Part shown: one piece after another, positions 1 to 13,040 of the stretch
How positions within the stretch are numbered: position 1 is the first letter of the stretch
How the letters are laid out: each line of letters starts with the position of its first letter
From: Azolla caroliniana
Lineage: Eukaryota > Plantae > Polypodiophyta
Direction: 5' to 3'
Assembly (NCBI GenBank): GCA_043228905.1
Contig: JBHGNT010000001.1
Span: 24,924,001 to 24,988,000, forward strand
DNA: 64,000 nucleotides
The notes under the pieces: generated by a model
The model's database searches: none
What the model saw: only the letters and a program-made list of their open reading frames with translations
Told to the model about the DNA's origin: nothing
Translations under genes and position numbers: made by a program

Positions 1-2865
1 TTGCGACAGCCGCTTCTCGACACTCGACTTCTATGCTTGACAGTGCAACTGTTGGCTACTTCTTGCTACTCCATGCGATCGCGGTGCTCCCAAGGGAGAA
101 CGCGAATCCGGATGTGGATCGGCGATTGCTGGCATTTCCGGCCTAGTCGGCGTCTGTATAGCCGACTAGCTGCGCGACAGTACCGGTCCGATATAGTAGC
201 CCCCGGTCCTTAGTGCCACTGACGTACTTGAGTACGCGTTGCGCGCACTAAAGGTGCTCCTCGGTTGGCCGCACCATGAACTGACTAATCAAGTCGACCG
301 GGTAACTGAGGTCTGGCCGCGTGATAGTCAAGTAAATGAGGCTTCCGACAATCTGTCGGAACCTTTTCGGGTCGCAGACCTTTCTAGAGTCGGGGCGAAG
401 CTTGACGGTTCTGTCTAGAGGAGTTGAGACGGACTTACAGTCTGCCATCCCGAACTTGAAGAGAATACTCAACACGTAATGCTGTTGGCTGATCAGGATG
501 CCTTCGGGGGTTCAGATCACTTCGATCCTGAGAAAGTAATGAAGATCCCCCAGGTCCTTCATATCAAATGATGTCGCAAGTTGGAGCTTTACGCAATCAA
601 TTTCAACTAGGTCGACGTCGGTGATGACCAAGTCATCAACATAATTGGCCCAAGTCGACCCTCCCGGACGAACAATGAAGAGTCTGATTTGGACGTCGCA
701 CATTCCATCTGACGTAATCGCTGCATGATCTTCGCGTTCCAGGCACGTGGGGCTTGCTTTAGTCCATTGAGGGACTTCTTCAACCGGCATACCGCCGAAG
801 TGTTCGTTCCGGGGTGAAATTCGGGGGGTTGTACCATGTACAGTTGTTCCTCAAGCTCGCCTTGCAAGAACGCATTCTTTACATCTATCTGATGTAAGTG
901 CCATCCCTTCGCCGTAGCTACCACAAGCAAAACACAAATGATCGTCATCTTCGCGACCGGCGCAAACGTCTCATCGTAATCGATGTCGTGTTGCTGCGCA
1001 TCACCTTTTGCTACTAATCAAGCCTTGTATCAGTTGACCGAGTCGTCAGTGTTGTACTTGACCTTGTAAACCCACCTGCATCCAATTGTCTTTACACCCT
1101 TGGGGGCGTCAACCAAGTCCTAGGTTTCATTCTCCGCAAGTGTGTTCATCTCTTCCATGGCGGCACGCCAATTCGCGTCCTTTGCCGCTTTTGCGTAGCT
1201 CTCCGGCTCACGCACCTCTGCTACGCATGTCATGTATGCATAGTGATGCACCATGTACTCGTTGTATCCGAACTGCACAACGGGGTTCTTCTGGCGGGTA
1301 GATTGGCGTAATTGCGCATTAGCCGATGTTGAGGCCGTTCTGGCCGACGCGGACTTCACTCTTGAAGGCTCGTCATCGCTCTTCTCGGAGTCAGATTCGC
1401 GTTGATCCGACTCGTACCTATACGTGTCGTACTCTGGCATCTTCTTCTTTCCCTTTTCTTTGCACATAAGCCATCTCTTCGGCTTCCTGCGCGGGGAATG
1501 CATGACCGAGTCTCCACTACTTGTCGGCTCTTCATCTTACTGGTCGAACTGACTCAGTCGCTCATTCGGTCCACTTAGCCGAAATGAGATTGGACTCTCT
1601 TCAAGACTTCTGACTTCGCGTTCATTAGGAGGCATCTCAGCCTCCCTAACCTCATCTTTAGAACTCAGATTGGAGTTGAGGTCCGGAGTCGGAGGCAAAT
1701 ACCAAGACGTAGACTCATCGAACATAAAATCGCGACTTATGTGAGCTTGTTTGGTTCGGGGGTTATAACACTTATAACCCTTCTGTTCGTCCGAGTAGCC
1801 AACCAAGATACACTTCTCGTCTTTTGCGTCCAACTTCCCCTGCTTCTCCTTCGGCACATACACATACACAATGCTACCAAAAACCCTCAAGTGTCGTAGA
1901 TTCGGCTTCCTTCCGAAATACAGCTCATGTGACGACACTTTTTCTTTGATCCGATTCTGGATGTAGACCATGGTTCGGACTGCTTCGGCCCAATAGAACT
2001 TGGGCATGCTCTTTTCTTCCAGCATTGCCCGCGCCGCTTCCACAACCGACCGATTCTTCCTTTCGGCATCGTTATGCTCCGACATATACCTGCAACTGAA
2101 TTCGCGTCGAATTCCCATTTGTTGCAGATAACTGTTGAATTGGTCGGAAAAATACTCTTTTCCGCCATTAGACCGCAAGCACTTGATCTTCCTCCCTGTT
2201 TCCCTTTCGGCAAGATTTTTGAGGTTCCGGAAACAGTCGAAGACTTCACTCTTCTTTTCGATGAGGTAGATCCATGTGTGTCGGGTGTAGTCGTTGATGA
2301 AGGAGACGAAATATCGACTCCCACCAAGACTCACGTTCGGTGCCGGTCCCCATACATCTGAATGTATCAAGTCGAGCTTATTTCGGCTCTGATTACACTC
2401 GTTGGGGAAAGGAAGTCGGTGTTGCTTCCCTAGCTGGTAGGCTTCACAAATTTGGGCCTTTCGACCACTAAATTTCGGCAATCCGAACACAACTTGTTTC
2501 GATTATAGGTCCTGAAGCCTTTGGTAGTTGACGTGGCCTATCCGCTTGTGCCACAAGTCGATATCCGACTCGAATCTTTACCCTTTCGCGAACATGGCGG
2601 CGCCTACGTCATTGGTGTCGAGGACGAACATCCTCCCATCTCTACGCCCATGCGCAATAACTTGGCCTTCTTCCTCGATGAAGCATCCGTGATGCGTGAA
2701 TCGGACTTGCATCCCCTGGTCGACGATCCATCCGATCGACACCAGATTCTTCGTAATTGTTGAGACGTGTAACACGTTCATTAGCTTCCCTTTTTGCCCG
2801 ACGTGGCTGAGGGGAACTTCACTGACATGTACGATCGGATGCGGAGTGTCGTCTCCTATTGTGAC
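1..2865 (-). mobile_element. Degenerate Ty1/Copia (Ale-like) element, pol part (protease C-terminus, GAG-pre-integrase, integrase, RT, start of RNase H); continues beyond window start
   Basis: Fragmented minus-strand ORFs: 2578-2889 (NVLHVSTITKNLVSIG), 1537-2490 (LIHSDVWGP...AERKNRSVVEAARAML integrase), 607-948 ([12 protein letters not shown]), 512-790 (YVDDLVI), 248-475 ([13 protein letters not shown]). Contains stops and frameshifts. Confidence 0.95.
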
Positions 2866-3334
2866 TGTTAACCGTTCTGTTGGAAACACCTTCGATATGC
2901 CTACAAGCTATCGATATCAAGGGAAGTGAACGTGAAGACTTGTGCAGGAGGCATCGTTAGGGGAAGAAAACGGAGAGCCTACCTGGAATAGAGCTCGGGT
3001 CGTATACGTAGTCGAGACCTTAGAAACGACGGCACACAGATGAAAACAACAAGAGCTAATAGATATGTATTACTTCAACCAGTTATCGATGATTACAAAA
3101 ACACGACTCCCAGCTGGTGACCTTACAAAGCTCTTATATCTATGAAACGACCTCGCCTAGGCTCTAGATATCTCCCGCCTGCCGAGGTACACAGACCTCA
3201 GTTTATATATATTTTCTTCATACAAAGCCGAGTGCTCGACTAACTGTGAGGCTCGAAACTCGGCGTTTACCTACTCACCTTACCTACCGGCGTATTACAT
3301 TTAACTAATTTATATTTTTGGCCTATGGACAACA
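2866..3334 (-). repeat. 3' LTR of the Athila-like element
   Basis: tgttaaccg...ggacaaca, direct repeat of 12571-13040. Confidence 0.95.
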
Positions 3335-3336
3335 CC

Positions 3337-3353
3337 TGGCACGCCCGTGGGAC
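3337..3353 (+). promoter_or_regulatory. Second, inverted tRNA-Arg primer-binding-like site at the position normally held by the PPT
   Basis: Plus strand TGGCACGCCCGTGGGAC lies 2 nt (CC) from the 3' LTR; no purine tract adjoins this LTR. Confidence 0.75.
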
Positions 3354-3450
3354 AGGACTTTGTCCATCGAACCCACAGTTCACCATGGATTTGGCAAAAT
3401 AACACGAATTACAAAAATTACATGTTCCTACAAGGGCTTATAGGTTGGTT

Positions 3451-6400
3451 TTATTCCTCTTCCAATATGCCGAGGATATCCTCAGGGGCGTGGGGTTGGG
3501 CTGGCTGCTCGGCAGGTGGGGTTGGTGATGGAGGTTGTGTTGCCGAGTTGGGGATGGCGGTGTCGTCGTGTGTGCCCTCCTATGTTGGGACCGATTCAGG
3601 CAGGGTCGGGGTTATAGTCTGTGGCTCCGGTGGGATGGGGGGGTCAGTAGGGGTAGGTTCCTCCGGTCTAACTACCGTGGTGAGTGGCTCGGTTGGGATG
3701 TGGAGGTCGGTAGGGGCCAATTGTTCCGGTCGAGCTGCCGTGGGGAGTGACTCGGTTCCTTGCTCGGTGGTTGTGGGAGCTCTGTGACTCCCGATAGCGA
3801 GTCGTTCTTCCTCGTACGCTTTGGCTTCTAAAAGAAACACCATTAGATCGTCGTTGAATTCCTCCAAGAGTTGCTTGATGGCCGTGGTGTGGGATGTTGC
3901 CAAGGTATGATATTCTTCCGCTAAGTCTTCACGGAGAGTCTAGATGCTAGTGTCATTCATCTTGTAAAACCCTCGGCCCTCCTTCCTTCGGTTCTTGGCA
4001 TCCGTGCGTAGTATGTGTAGGTCCGCGGCTTGGACTGACCACTCCTGCCAGACATGGTCAAGCGTTTCTTTGATCTTCGTGGTGAATTGCTGGTGATACC
4101 TGTGGATTAGGGTCTTGATTTTGGTATTGTCGATGCCGATGCTCGCACGGTGAACTTCCAGTGCCTCCCTTGCGGCCTTGGCTTCGGCTTGGCTTTTGCG
4201 GGCGAAGAGTGGCAAAGTAGCTTGATTATCTTTTGCTTTTTCAGTGATGAGCGCGATGGTCTGCTCATAACGGTTGGTGAGCTGAGCTACAGTTTCGTCC
4301 CTTTCTTGTCGCCAAGCGTCCAAGTGTTGTTCTTTGATGGTGATGTGCTCGGTTTGCAACTGGTGATATGCATTGGAAATTTTTGCTCGTTGCTCCTCCG
4401 AGATCCTCCACTTTTGCATATGTTCGTTGGCCATGTCCTGGAAGGCTCTTTGATGATGTCGTAACTCCTGGTTGTCTGCGAAGAGCTCTTGTTCCCGTTG
4501 GCTATTTTGCTCGGTTTCTTTGATGAAATGTTCTTTAGCCTCAGTGATAGAGACCTGGAGGGTCATCACCTCTCGTTCTCGTGCTTCAGGTGCGACCGAC
4601 CTTTCAGCAAGCAGTTGCTTGAGGTTCTCTTCGCGGCTCGCGGCTTGTTCCCGTTGCTGCCCAAGAATGTTGTTGTGGTTTTGTTCTGCCAACGCAACCA
4701 GAGCAATCTGGGCCTGAAGCTCCTCCTAGTAGTCCCTAAGGGGAGGCCCTATCTAGGTTGCCGCTTGCTGGAATTAGGCTGAGGACTCCCTGTCTGTCTG
4801 TGTCGCTCGTTCCATGACGACCGGAGGTGGTGGCGTTTGCGTAGAGGCTTGGCTGGTTTGGGGGTGCGGGTTGATATCTGCCTGTGATGATGGCTCACTT
4901 GTCTGTACCGAGTCCGTCATTGTGCTGGCCTTGGCCGTGGCTACCTCGGGGTGGACGATGTCGTCTTTGTGTGCGACGAGACCTTCAGCACTCGGGCTCG
5001 GGTTTGGAAGAGTGGCTGGTGAGACAACGTCACTCGGCACAGGGAGGATTCAGGGCAGTTGTTGCTGTGTGAATGTCGCTAGTTTCTCTTCGGTAGCTTG
5101 CCATAGGTCGGTAGCCCGTTTGGCTTGTTGATGCGCCGTTTTGATCCATCGGGCCACGTCCTTGGCTGCCCGAGTAGTGTGGTGTAGATTGCGATATGCC
5201 TTGACTAAGGCCATGTTCAGATCCGGTAGTTCCATGAGGAGCGAAGCATTCTGTACTTGCTTCTTCCATCCTATCTTCTGTAAGGCTTGATCCTCGTGAG
5301 GTTCGATTTCACCCATTAGAGCGCGTTGAATCATCTTCGTTTCGGCGTGCTCCTCGGCCATGCGAGCAACGACAGTTACTTGGGCACGCGCGAGGAAATC
5401 CATTAACTCGTAAGTTGTGCCCAGTCGAAGTAGTGCACTGAACTCGTATGCCTCCGCGGGGAGATCTTTGTAACCGAGGACTTCCTCCTCTGATATCTGC
5501 ATGGTTTGTCCATGCTCAACCGTACCGACTTGGAGCCATGACTCCGCTGGTACTATGTCCATGGAGGTGGGGCTGGCCTCTTTTGATTTCTGATGCTGGT
5601 CGCCTTCGGTTTCTGTGGTTGCCTCTCGAATGATGCGGCATCTTTTTGACGGCTGATCCTGTGCGTCCGGGGCTGGTGGTGTTGGCTCCTCGGCCTGTTT
5701 CCTCTTTTGCTGCCGGATGGCCGAGGGCTGCTGGCTTGTGGGCCGTGGGCTCGGTTGTGGAGAGGTCAGTGATGTCCTTGGTGGCTGCTAGCGTATGGTG
5801 ACATCCTCAGGGATGGCCTCCTCGGCCTCATCCCATTCGACACGGGTTGCTGTCACTGCCCATTGTTTTTGTGTTTTTGGTGGGGGTGGGGCCGAGGCGG
5901 AAGTGGGGTTCCGAGCGCCTGAGGGAGGTGGAGAAGACGAGGGGTCTTCCCATTCTTCCTAGGTTATCTCCAACATCTTCTCTCGTTATTTCCTTGGTGG
6001 TGGTGGAGAGGTCAAGATGCGATGAGGGGAAACCGAAGGAGGTGGGTAGAGGACTGTAAGGAAGTGATTGATCACAAGCAGCAACCGCTTACCAGTTTGG
6101 AAGGATTCGAGCGTCGTAGGGATTCCTTCGCTTATGATGATTCCCTAGTCGATTTTGTTTCTCTCGTAGGCACTAATAATGATCGCCACTTTGCTTTGTG
6201 GCATACTTGTAGGGTTGGTATGCACGAATGCGTACTCCATCAGGATGCGAGCGAGTTCTTCGAATGCCTTGTTGGATCCATCGTAGGTGTGATAGGCTTT
6301 ACTAGATATGGAATACGCACCAAAGTATTCCTTCAGGGTCATGGAAGGGGGAATCTCGACTTCATGATCACCTCCTCGCTTCAGGTCCAAGGCAACACGA

Positions 6401-6549
6401 ATCATATTGTTGGTGACTGTGTCTAGGTGAATTCGGCGTGTGACCGCTTGGGCATCAAGGAGTGCAGGGGCATCGATCACCTTTAAATAACCACCCAATC
6501 CTCGTTCCTGAAGCCAGGAGCAGGTTTCCTGTGAAGCTGCAAGAGGCAT
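3451..6549 (-). pseudogene. Extra 3' sense ORF of the Athila-like element (env-like/plant transposon protein plus coiled coil), about 1000 codons, disrupted
   Basis: Collinear fragments 6145-6549, 5050-5562, 4774-5040, 3940-4692 and 3580-3903 ending ...GILEEE* at about 3451. The N-terminal AIIISAYERNKID*GIIISEGI resembles Athila env-like/Transposase_32-type regions; a long E/Q/K/R heptad region follows. Confidence 0.7.
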
Positions 6550-7169
6550 AATGGACGCGGGGTTCTGTTGTGTGGAAGATTGGGGAAGGAGGATTCGACC
6601 AGGCTGAGACAGAGTGAGGAAAGGAGATGGTTGTGGTGCGGCAGAGGGGCTACGAGGACAAGAAAGGGCTTGTGAGCAAGAACGGTGGGAGCGATGGATG
6701 CGCTGAGAGCGAGAGGAGGCTTGAGAGCGTGAGAGCAATGAAAGCTGGGTGTGCAAGAAAACGTTTGTGTGTGGGGTGGGCTTGGAGTAACTATTTTTTA
6801 GCGAACGCCTAGGGATTCGTGCATGAAGAGGAGCCTGGAGATTCTTGGGCATGGATGCCATAATAGGATATTATGGCCACATGTCTTAGGAAGTTAGTGC
6901 TTTGCCTTGGGTGTTGTGCATGTGCCTTTAAATACTTAAGTGAATGTGAAAGTGACTAATGTGTGCCTCTAAACATGACGTGATTTGGGTGATGTGGTAG
7001 GTGGTGTAGGTGGAACTAACTAATTGCTAAAATTATGCCTAATCCTACCTAATGTCTACTTTGGAATGTTGGTGGGTTCTTACCGAGGGGGACACGTGGC
7101 CTCCTTCGTGGCATTGTCCGTGCCGTGAGACTCGGCGAAAGGGTTGGCTGGGGTATTTCCTTGGTACGG

Positions 7170-9996
7170 TCACAGTCGGAATCCATTCACCCAGCTTTTG
7201 ACAATTTCCCTAGCGAGGGTGCCGAGCTGGAACGTGCCGTTAAACTCGTCAATAATCCAGAAGGGGCCAGTCCATCGAAATCGTAACTTTCCTGGCATAG
7301 CACCGAGTCGCGTTTGGAAAACGAGGACCGGTTTGCCTATGATCAGTTCTTGTTCCAATCCTTTCCGATGTCGGTCCACAAAGGCTTTCCGTTGTCGTTG
7401 GCGTTGTTCAAGTTGGGCCATGCTTGCTACTCGGTCCTTGCCAAGTTCTAGGAGTTGTTCCAGCCTCAATTGTTCGGATTGGGCCTCGGGGAGCCGTGCT
7501 TTAACTTGCACTCGGAGACTCAGAACTTGGAACTCGATGGGCATAACGGCTTCGAGACCAAAAGCCATTCGAAAGGGGGTGGATTGAATGCTAGTTTTGA
7601 ATGTAGTGCGACAAGCCCATAGTGCACTCTGGAGCTTGTCATCCCAATCGGTGCGGTTCTCGTTGACGATCTTCTTCAGGATTGTTTGGAGAATTTTGTT
7701 AGTCGATTCGGCCATTCCGTTTGCCTGCAGGTAGTATGGTGTACTTTTCTTATGTACCACTGCGTATTGTGTCGTCAACTCACGTATTATATGGTTTATA
7801 AAGTGCCCACCTTGGTCACTAACGAGCTCAATTGGGCATCCATAACGGCACCAAAGATGTTCGTACACAAATTTGGCCGTGGATGCTGTCGTGTTGTCTT
7901 GTAAGGCCTTTGCCTCGACCCATTTTGTGCAGTAGTCCGTGGCCACGATGATATACTTATTATCGGTTCGGGCCGCGGCTGGTTTGAAGGGTCCCACAAA
8001 ATCTAACCCCCATTTTTCAAATGGTTCCAATGGAAGAATCGGTTGGTGTGGCATTCGAACTTGTTCCATCGGCTATCCCAACCGTTGGCACAAGTCGCAC
8101 TGTCGGCAGAACTCGTGGGCATCCTTTTTCGTTGTAGGCCACCATAACCCACTCTGCCATACTTTCCTTGTCGTGGACTCTCCGGCGTAGTGTCCACCGG
8201 CGATTCCTACGTGGGCTTCTTGGAGGATGGCCTTCTTCTCGAATTGTCGAATGGCCCGACGCCATATTCTGTCCGAGCCTTTGTGGTAGAGGATGTCGGA
8301 AACGAGACAAAAGTTGTAGCTACGTACTGCGAGTCGTTTCCGTACATCAAGGGCCATGTGGTCGGGAGGCAAGCCAATACTAAGGAAATGGGTCATCTCC
8401 GTGATCCATTCATCTTCTTTGTCATTTGGCAGCGTTGTGAGATGAAATAGGCCGGCATCGGGTAAATCGTCATACGTGGGCTCAACAGGGTCTCCTGACT
8501 CAAGGCGGCTTAGGTAGTCAGCGACGGCATGTTGGACTCCGGGTCGATGCTGTATATGAAAATCAAACTCTTGCAATAGGAGCATCCATCGAGCCAGTCG
8601 ACCTGTCAGGGCTTGTTTATTAACCAGGTAAAGGAGGGCCGAGTGATCGACGTGAAATGTGAATTTTCGGCCTAAGAGGTAATGCCGAATTTTATTGATG
8701 TTGTAGATCATCCCGAGGGCCTCTCGTTCTGTGGTTGAATAGTTCTTTTCCGCTGTCGAGAGACGTCGGCTAGCATAATACACTGGCCGATACCAATTTC
8801 GGGGCGTGCATTGCATAAGTACGCTCCCGATGGCGATATCTGATGCGTCCACGAAGATGTGAAAAGGTTCTGACCATATCGGGGGTTGTACAACTGGGGC
8901 ATGCAAGAGCATTAATTTCAATCCTTGGTAAGCCTTGTCCTTGATTGAAGTCCATTGAAAGGGGAGTAGATGCACTGCTGCGTATAGTGTTGTCGCGAAA
9001 TCGGCCATGTGGCGTATCATCCGGCTGTGCCATCGGATTTGTCCCACAAATCGGCTGAGGCCTTTTGCGTTCGAGGGTGCGGGGGCGTTTAGGATGGCTT
9101 GTACTTTATCTGGGTCCATGGCGATACCTTCTTGACTGACGATATGCCCGAGTAGGTTGCCGCTTGTGACCAAGAACGCGCATTTTGCCGAGTTTAAACT
9201 TAACTGAGCCTGGCGGCATCGATCAAGACAGAGCCGTAACTGGGTCATGTGTTCCAGTCGCTGACCATATACAGCGAAGTCATCGAGAATGACTTGCATG
9301 AACGCCAGGATATACTCGTTAAAAATTTCGGTGATGATGCGTTGGAACGTGGCCGACGCCGTTTTTAAACCGAACATCATTACTTTTGCCACAAAAACAC
9401 CCCATTCCGTGACAAATGTTGTTTTCTCCTAATCATCCGGGTGCATTCTGATTTGGTTGTAACCACTGAACCCATCTAGAAAGCTGTAGCATTTGTGACC
9501 TACCACCGTGTCGAGAAAGCTATCCGTGAACGGAAGAGGGAATCCATCCGTGACCGTTGCAATATTAAGCTTGCGGTAGTCGACACAGACTCGGATTTTC
9601 CCGTTTTTCTTGGGGACGACTACGATTGGGCTTAACCATGTGGCGTGTTTTACAGGTCGTATGAACCCGACTCAGAGGAGCTTGTCTATCTCTTCCTTGA
9701 CCTTAGCCGCATAATTGGGGTTCATCCAGTATCGTCTTTGCTGAACCGGCCGAGCGTCCGGGAGAAGATGGATCTGGTGTTGGTAGTATTATGGGTCCAA
9801 ACCCTTCATATCCATGTAATACATCCTGGTAATCGGTGAGTAAATGTATGAGGGTTGCTCATTCGCCGGCTGGTAAGTTATTAGCAATTTGTAGGGTGCG
9901 AGGGTTCTCGTCTGAACCGAGGTTCAGTGTTTCGAGCGTTGATGCCTTCACTCGTTGGGAGATGGCGAGTTCACGTTCAAAAGCGTCTTGAGCGTG
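7170..9996 (-). pseudogene. Gypsy RT-RNase H-integrase, disrupted
   Basis: RVCVDYRKLN at about 9570-9600, VILDDFAVYG, FHIFVDASDIAIG, integrase zinc finger HVGIAGGH...CDLCQR, core WGLDFVGP...SDQGGHF...NGMAES, and GPF motif. Confidence 0.93.
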
Positions 9997-12530
9997 TCAT
10001 AATTCTGCGATGGTGGTGGGATCGGGCTCATCCTGGGGAGGTGTATTCACTATAACTTCCTCGTCTAGAGGTGTGCGGACGGCTGTCATGGCGTCAATTT
10101 CGAAGAGAGGTATGATAGTGGGATGGTCTTCTAGGAAGTCGTCCACCTCATCATCGGCTAACCCGTCGAGCATGTGCACCCCTTCCGCGTATAATGGCGA
10201 GGTGTTGTGGGGCATGGTTACGTGTTCTTCGGTTATGATCCGAACCTTGGTCTTTCCTCGGCGAAACGAGATCATGTTGCGCTGCCGATGTTGTTTGATA
10301 TTTGTTGTGCGCAACCATGGTCTGCCCAGTAACATTGGGTAACCCCCCTGTGCTTTGAGTCGTAATACAACAGCCGAGATAGTGAACATGTGGCCTCCTA
10401 GAGTAAAGTCGAGGTGGCGGATTAATCCGATGGGGCGAACCGATCGTGTGTTGGCCATCCGAAGCCAAAAGGGGCAAGGTTCCCACTGATTTAGGCCGAG
10501 TTTATGACAGGTAGCCTCGCTAATGACATTCACGCTAGAGCCGCCGTTAATTATGCACCCGTGTAGGTCCCTTCCTTTAATCATAATTTTTATGGCTGGA
10601 TTCTGCGCATCCATGAGGGGTGGACCCGTTCCTGGCTTGGTCAGGTGCACAAGTGGCACGGTGGAATGGGTGTTGGCCGTGAGTGTAGCCAAGGTGTCCC
10701 TAAAACGCAGCATGAGTGGTAAGAGTTTATGTAGGTGCAAGGAGATCCTGGAACTAGTAAGGGCGTCCCATAGCTGGTCATCTTCTGTCGACGTGGATGG
10801 TGCCGAGGACTGTGTTGCTCCGATGGTCGCGTCTCCCATTTCTATTTGCATTCCCGCCACATTGTTTTTGTTGGTCGTATTCATCCATTCTTTAGCTGCT
10901 TGTCAGACTTCATCCTGTACTTGCCATGGGGTGGTTTGGACTTTGCTGCGTGTTGTGACGTTTTGTACGTCGGCCATAATATTATTCACCGCAGGAGCCT
11001 TTCCGCGGTCTGTTGTTGGGCATTACGTAGCGTAGTGACCAGGTTGGTTGCACTTGAAGCAGGTAACGTTGGCCGAGTTGTTGGTGCCAGCCTGATCTGT
11101 GTGTCTGTGGGAGGGGTACAGTTGATTCCCGCCTCGTGTGTTTGTGGGTTGGTCCAGGGCGCGTTCGAGCTGCGCGGTTCATTGTGCGGGGGGTCCCGAC
11201 GACGGTTGTCGTTATTCCTTCTGTTATTGCGCGATCCTCGGTGAGAGTTGCGCCCCGATCATTACGGAAATTTCTTTGATCGTATCGGTCATTCCGATCA
11301 TCTTCATTCCGATCATAATCGTCGTTTGACCGATACTGGTCATCGTGATGGCGATCACGGCGGTCGTCCGATCTTCGTCGGTTGTCGTTTCGGTAACGGT
11401 CGTCGTCCCGACGGTAATCGTCATTACGGTGCCGTCTATGCGGCGATTGGGGTCGTTGGTTATCCTGGTTCCGGTAGGATTGTCGCTCGTCCTGACGAGA
11501 GTATGTATCCCTGGGCTCGATCTGGCGAACCGGGGCCATCGTTGTGCGGTTGAGCATATTGTATTCACAGTGCTCGACAGTGTGAGAGCAGGACTGGCAG
11601 ATCGAACATTGTGGCCGGTGAGGACATTCGAGGGCCAGATGGCCCGATCCCGAGCAAACTGTGCATTGGAGGGCTTGGCGGAAGCGATTGTCCTCCTGGG
11701 GAAATGCGCTTTGCAATGAAATCATAGCGAAAGTCGTGCTTTGCTGAGTCCGATCGAGGGTGAGGACGCGCGCTCTGACTTGCTCGATCGTTTGGTTGGC
11801 AAAATTAGTAAGTGCGAGAGTCGTCCGTAGAGGCTCCCATAGGCTAGACAAGAATGCGTCTGGAATGTGCTATGCAGAGACATCGTCAACCACTTGTCTG
11901 TAGAGATCCCGGAACCAGATCGTTAATTGAGCGACCGTCTCGTGCGGTTCTTGTCGCATGGAAAAGAACTGTCGGAGCAATTCTCGTTTGGGCACCTCGT
12001 GATGGAACAATTCTAGGAACTGCGTGCGAATGTCATGGAAGGTGGCAAACTCCCCTGTGTCAAGGCCAGAATACCATCACACAGCTAGTCCATCGAGGGA
12101 TAGCGTAAACTCGGCAATTTTTGAGGCCTCGATTTCGGCAGGCGAGAGTCGCTGTGTTGAGTGGTTGGCCTGCCAGGTGGACACGAAGGCACGGATGTGC
12201 GACTTTGCATCAGGGCTGTCAGTGTATCGTGGGTAAGGATACGTCATGGTATCGAATTCGGGGTCTTCCGGTAAAACCGGAAAAGGGTTAGGGTCAGGGT
12301 GGGTGACCTCTGGCGGGCTTGGTGGAGAGGTTGGTGTGGACTCAACTTGCAACCGAGTAGCAGGTGGCAAGGATTGCAATCGGTGAGCCTCCGATATTTC
12401 TTGGAAAAACTGGTCCGTGACCGCCGAGTCGGAAGAGCCTTCGACTAGCTTAGGGCGTCGACCAGATGGCCGAGACCGCTTGGTGCGATTGGGCGTCGTA
12501 ATGGCGGCTAAAGGTTGTCTGCAACGTAGT
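9997..12530 (-). pseudogene. Gypsy gag (three zinc knuckles) and aspartic protease, disrupted
   Basis: ORFs 12077-12379 (capsid-like YPRYTDSPDAKSHIRAF) and 10982-11851 (CTVCSGSGHLALEC, CSICQSCSHTVEHC, RD-rich tract); CFKCNQPGHYAT*C at about 11020-11065; ORF 9997-10884 (CIINGGSSVNVI...YPMLLGRPWL). Confidence 0.88.
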
Positions 12531-12552
12531 TCGCTGTGATCTCACAGTTGTA

Positions 12553-12565
12553 ACCGGGCGTGCCA
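12553..12565 (-). promoter_or_regulatory. Primer binding site (tRNA-Arg type) TGGCACGCCCGGT
   Basis: Minus strand reads LTR-CAATT-TGGCACGCCCGGT, complementary to the plant tRNA-Arg 3' end (...ACCGGGCGTGCCA, recalled). Confidence 0.85.
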
Positions 12566-12570
12566 AATTG

Positions 12571-13040
12571 TGTTAACCGTTTTGTTGGAAACACCTTCGA
12601 TATGCCTACAAGCTATCGGTATCAAGGGAAGTGAACGTGAAGACTTGTGCACGGAGGCGTCATTAGGGGAAGAAAACAGAGAGCCTACCCGGAATAGAGC
12701 TCGGGTCATATACGTAATCGAGACCTTAGAAACGACGGCACACAGATGAAAACAACAAGAGCTAATAGATATGCATTACTTCAACCAGTTATCGATGATT
12801 ACAAAAACACGGCTCCCAGTCGGTGACCTTACAAAACTCTTATATCTATGAAACGACCTCGCCTAGGCTCTAGATATCTCCCTCCTGCCGAGGTACACAG
12901 ACCTCGGTTTATATATTTTTTCTTCATACAGAGCCGAGCGCTCGGCTAACTGTGAGGCTCGAAACTCGGCGTTTACCTACTCACCTTACCTACCGACATA
13001 TTACATTTAACTAATTTATATTTTTGGCCTATGGACAACA
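12571..13040 (-). repeat. 5' LTR of the Athila-like element
   Basis: tgttaaccg...ggacaaca; followed on the minus strand by a 5-nt spacer and the PBS. Confidence 0.95.

Larger units (their letters stand above)
2866..13040 (-). mobile_element. Full-length Ty3/Gypsy non-chromovirus (Athila-like) LTR retrotransposon with an extra 3' ORF
   Basis: Two about 470-bp TG...CA LTRs (2866-3334, 12571-13040; roughly 95% identical by eye). Order on the minus strand is gag-PR-RT-RH-INT. Degenerate TSD GTGAC/ACGAC. No chromodomain and no extra archaeal RNase H seen. Confidence 0.93.

Noticed and set aside
3451-3465. GGAAGAGGAATAA as the PPT of the Athila-like element
   Set aside because: It lies about 115 bp from the LTR and is explained by the EEE-stop codons of the extra ORF; a PPT must abut U3.
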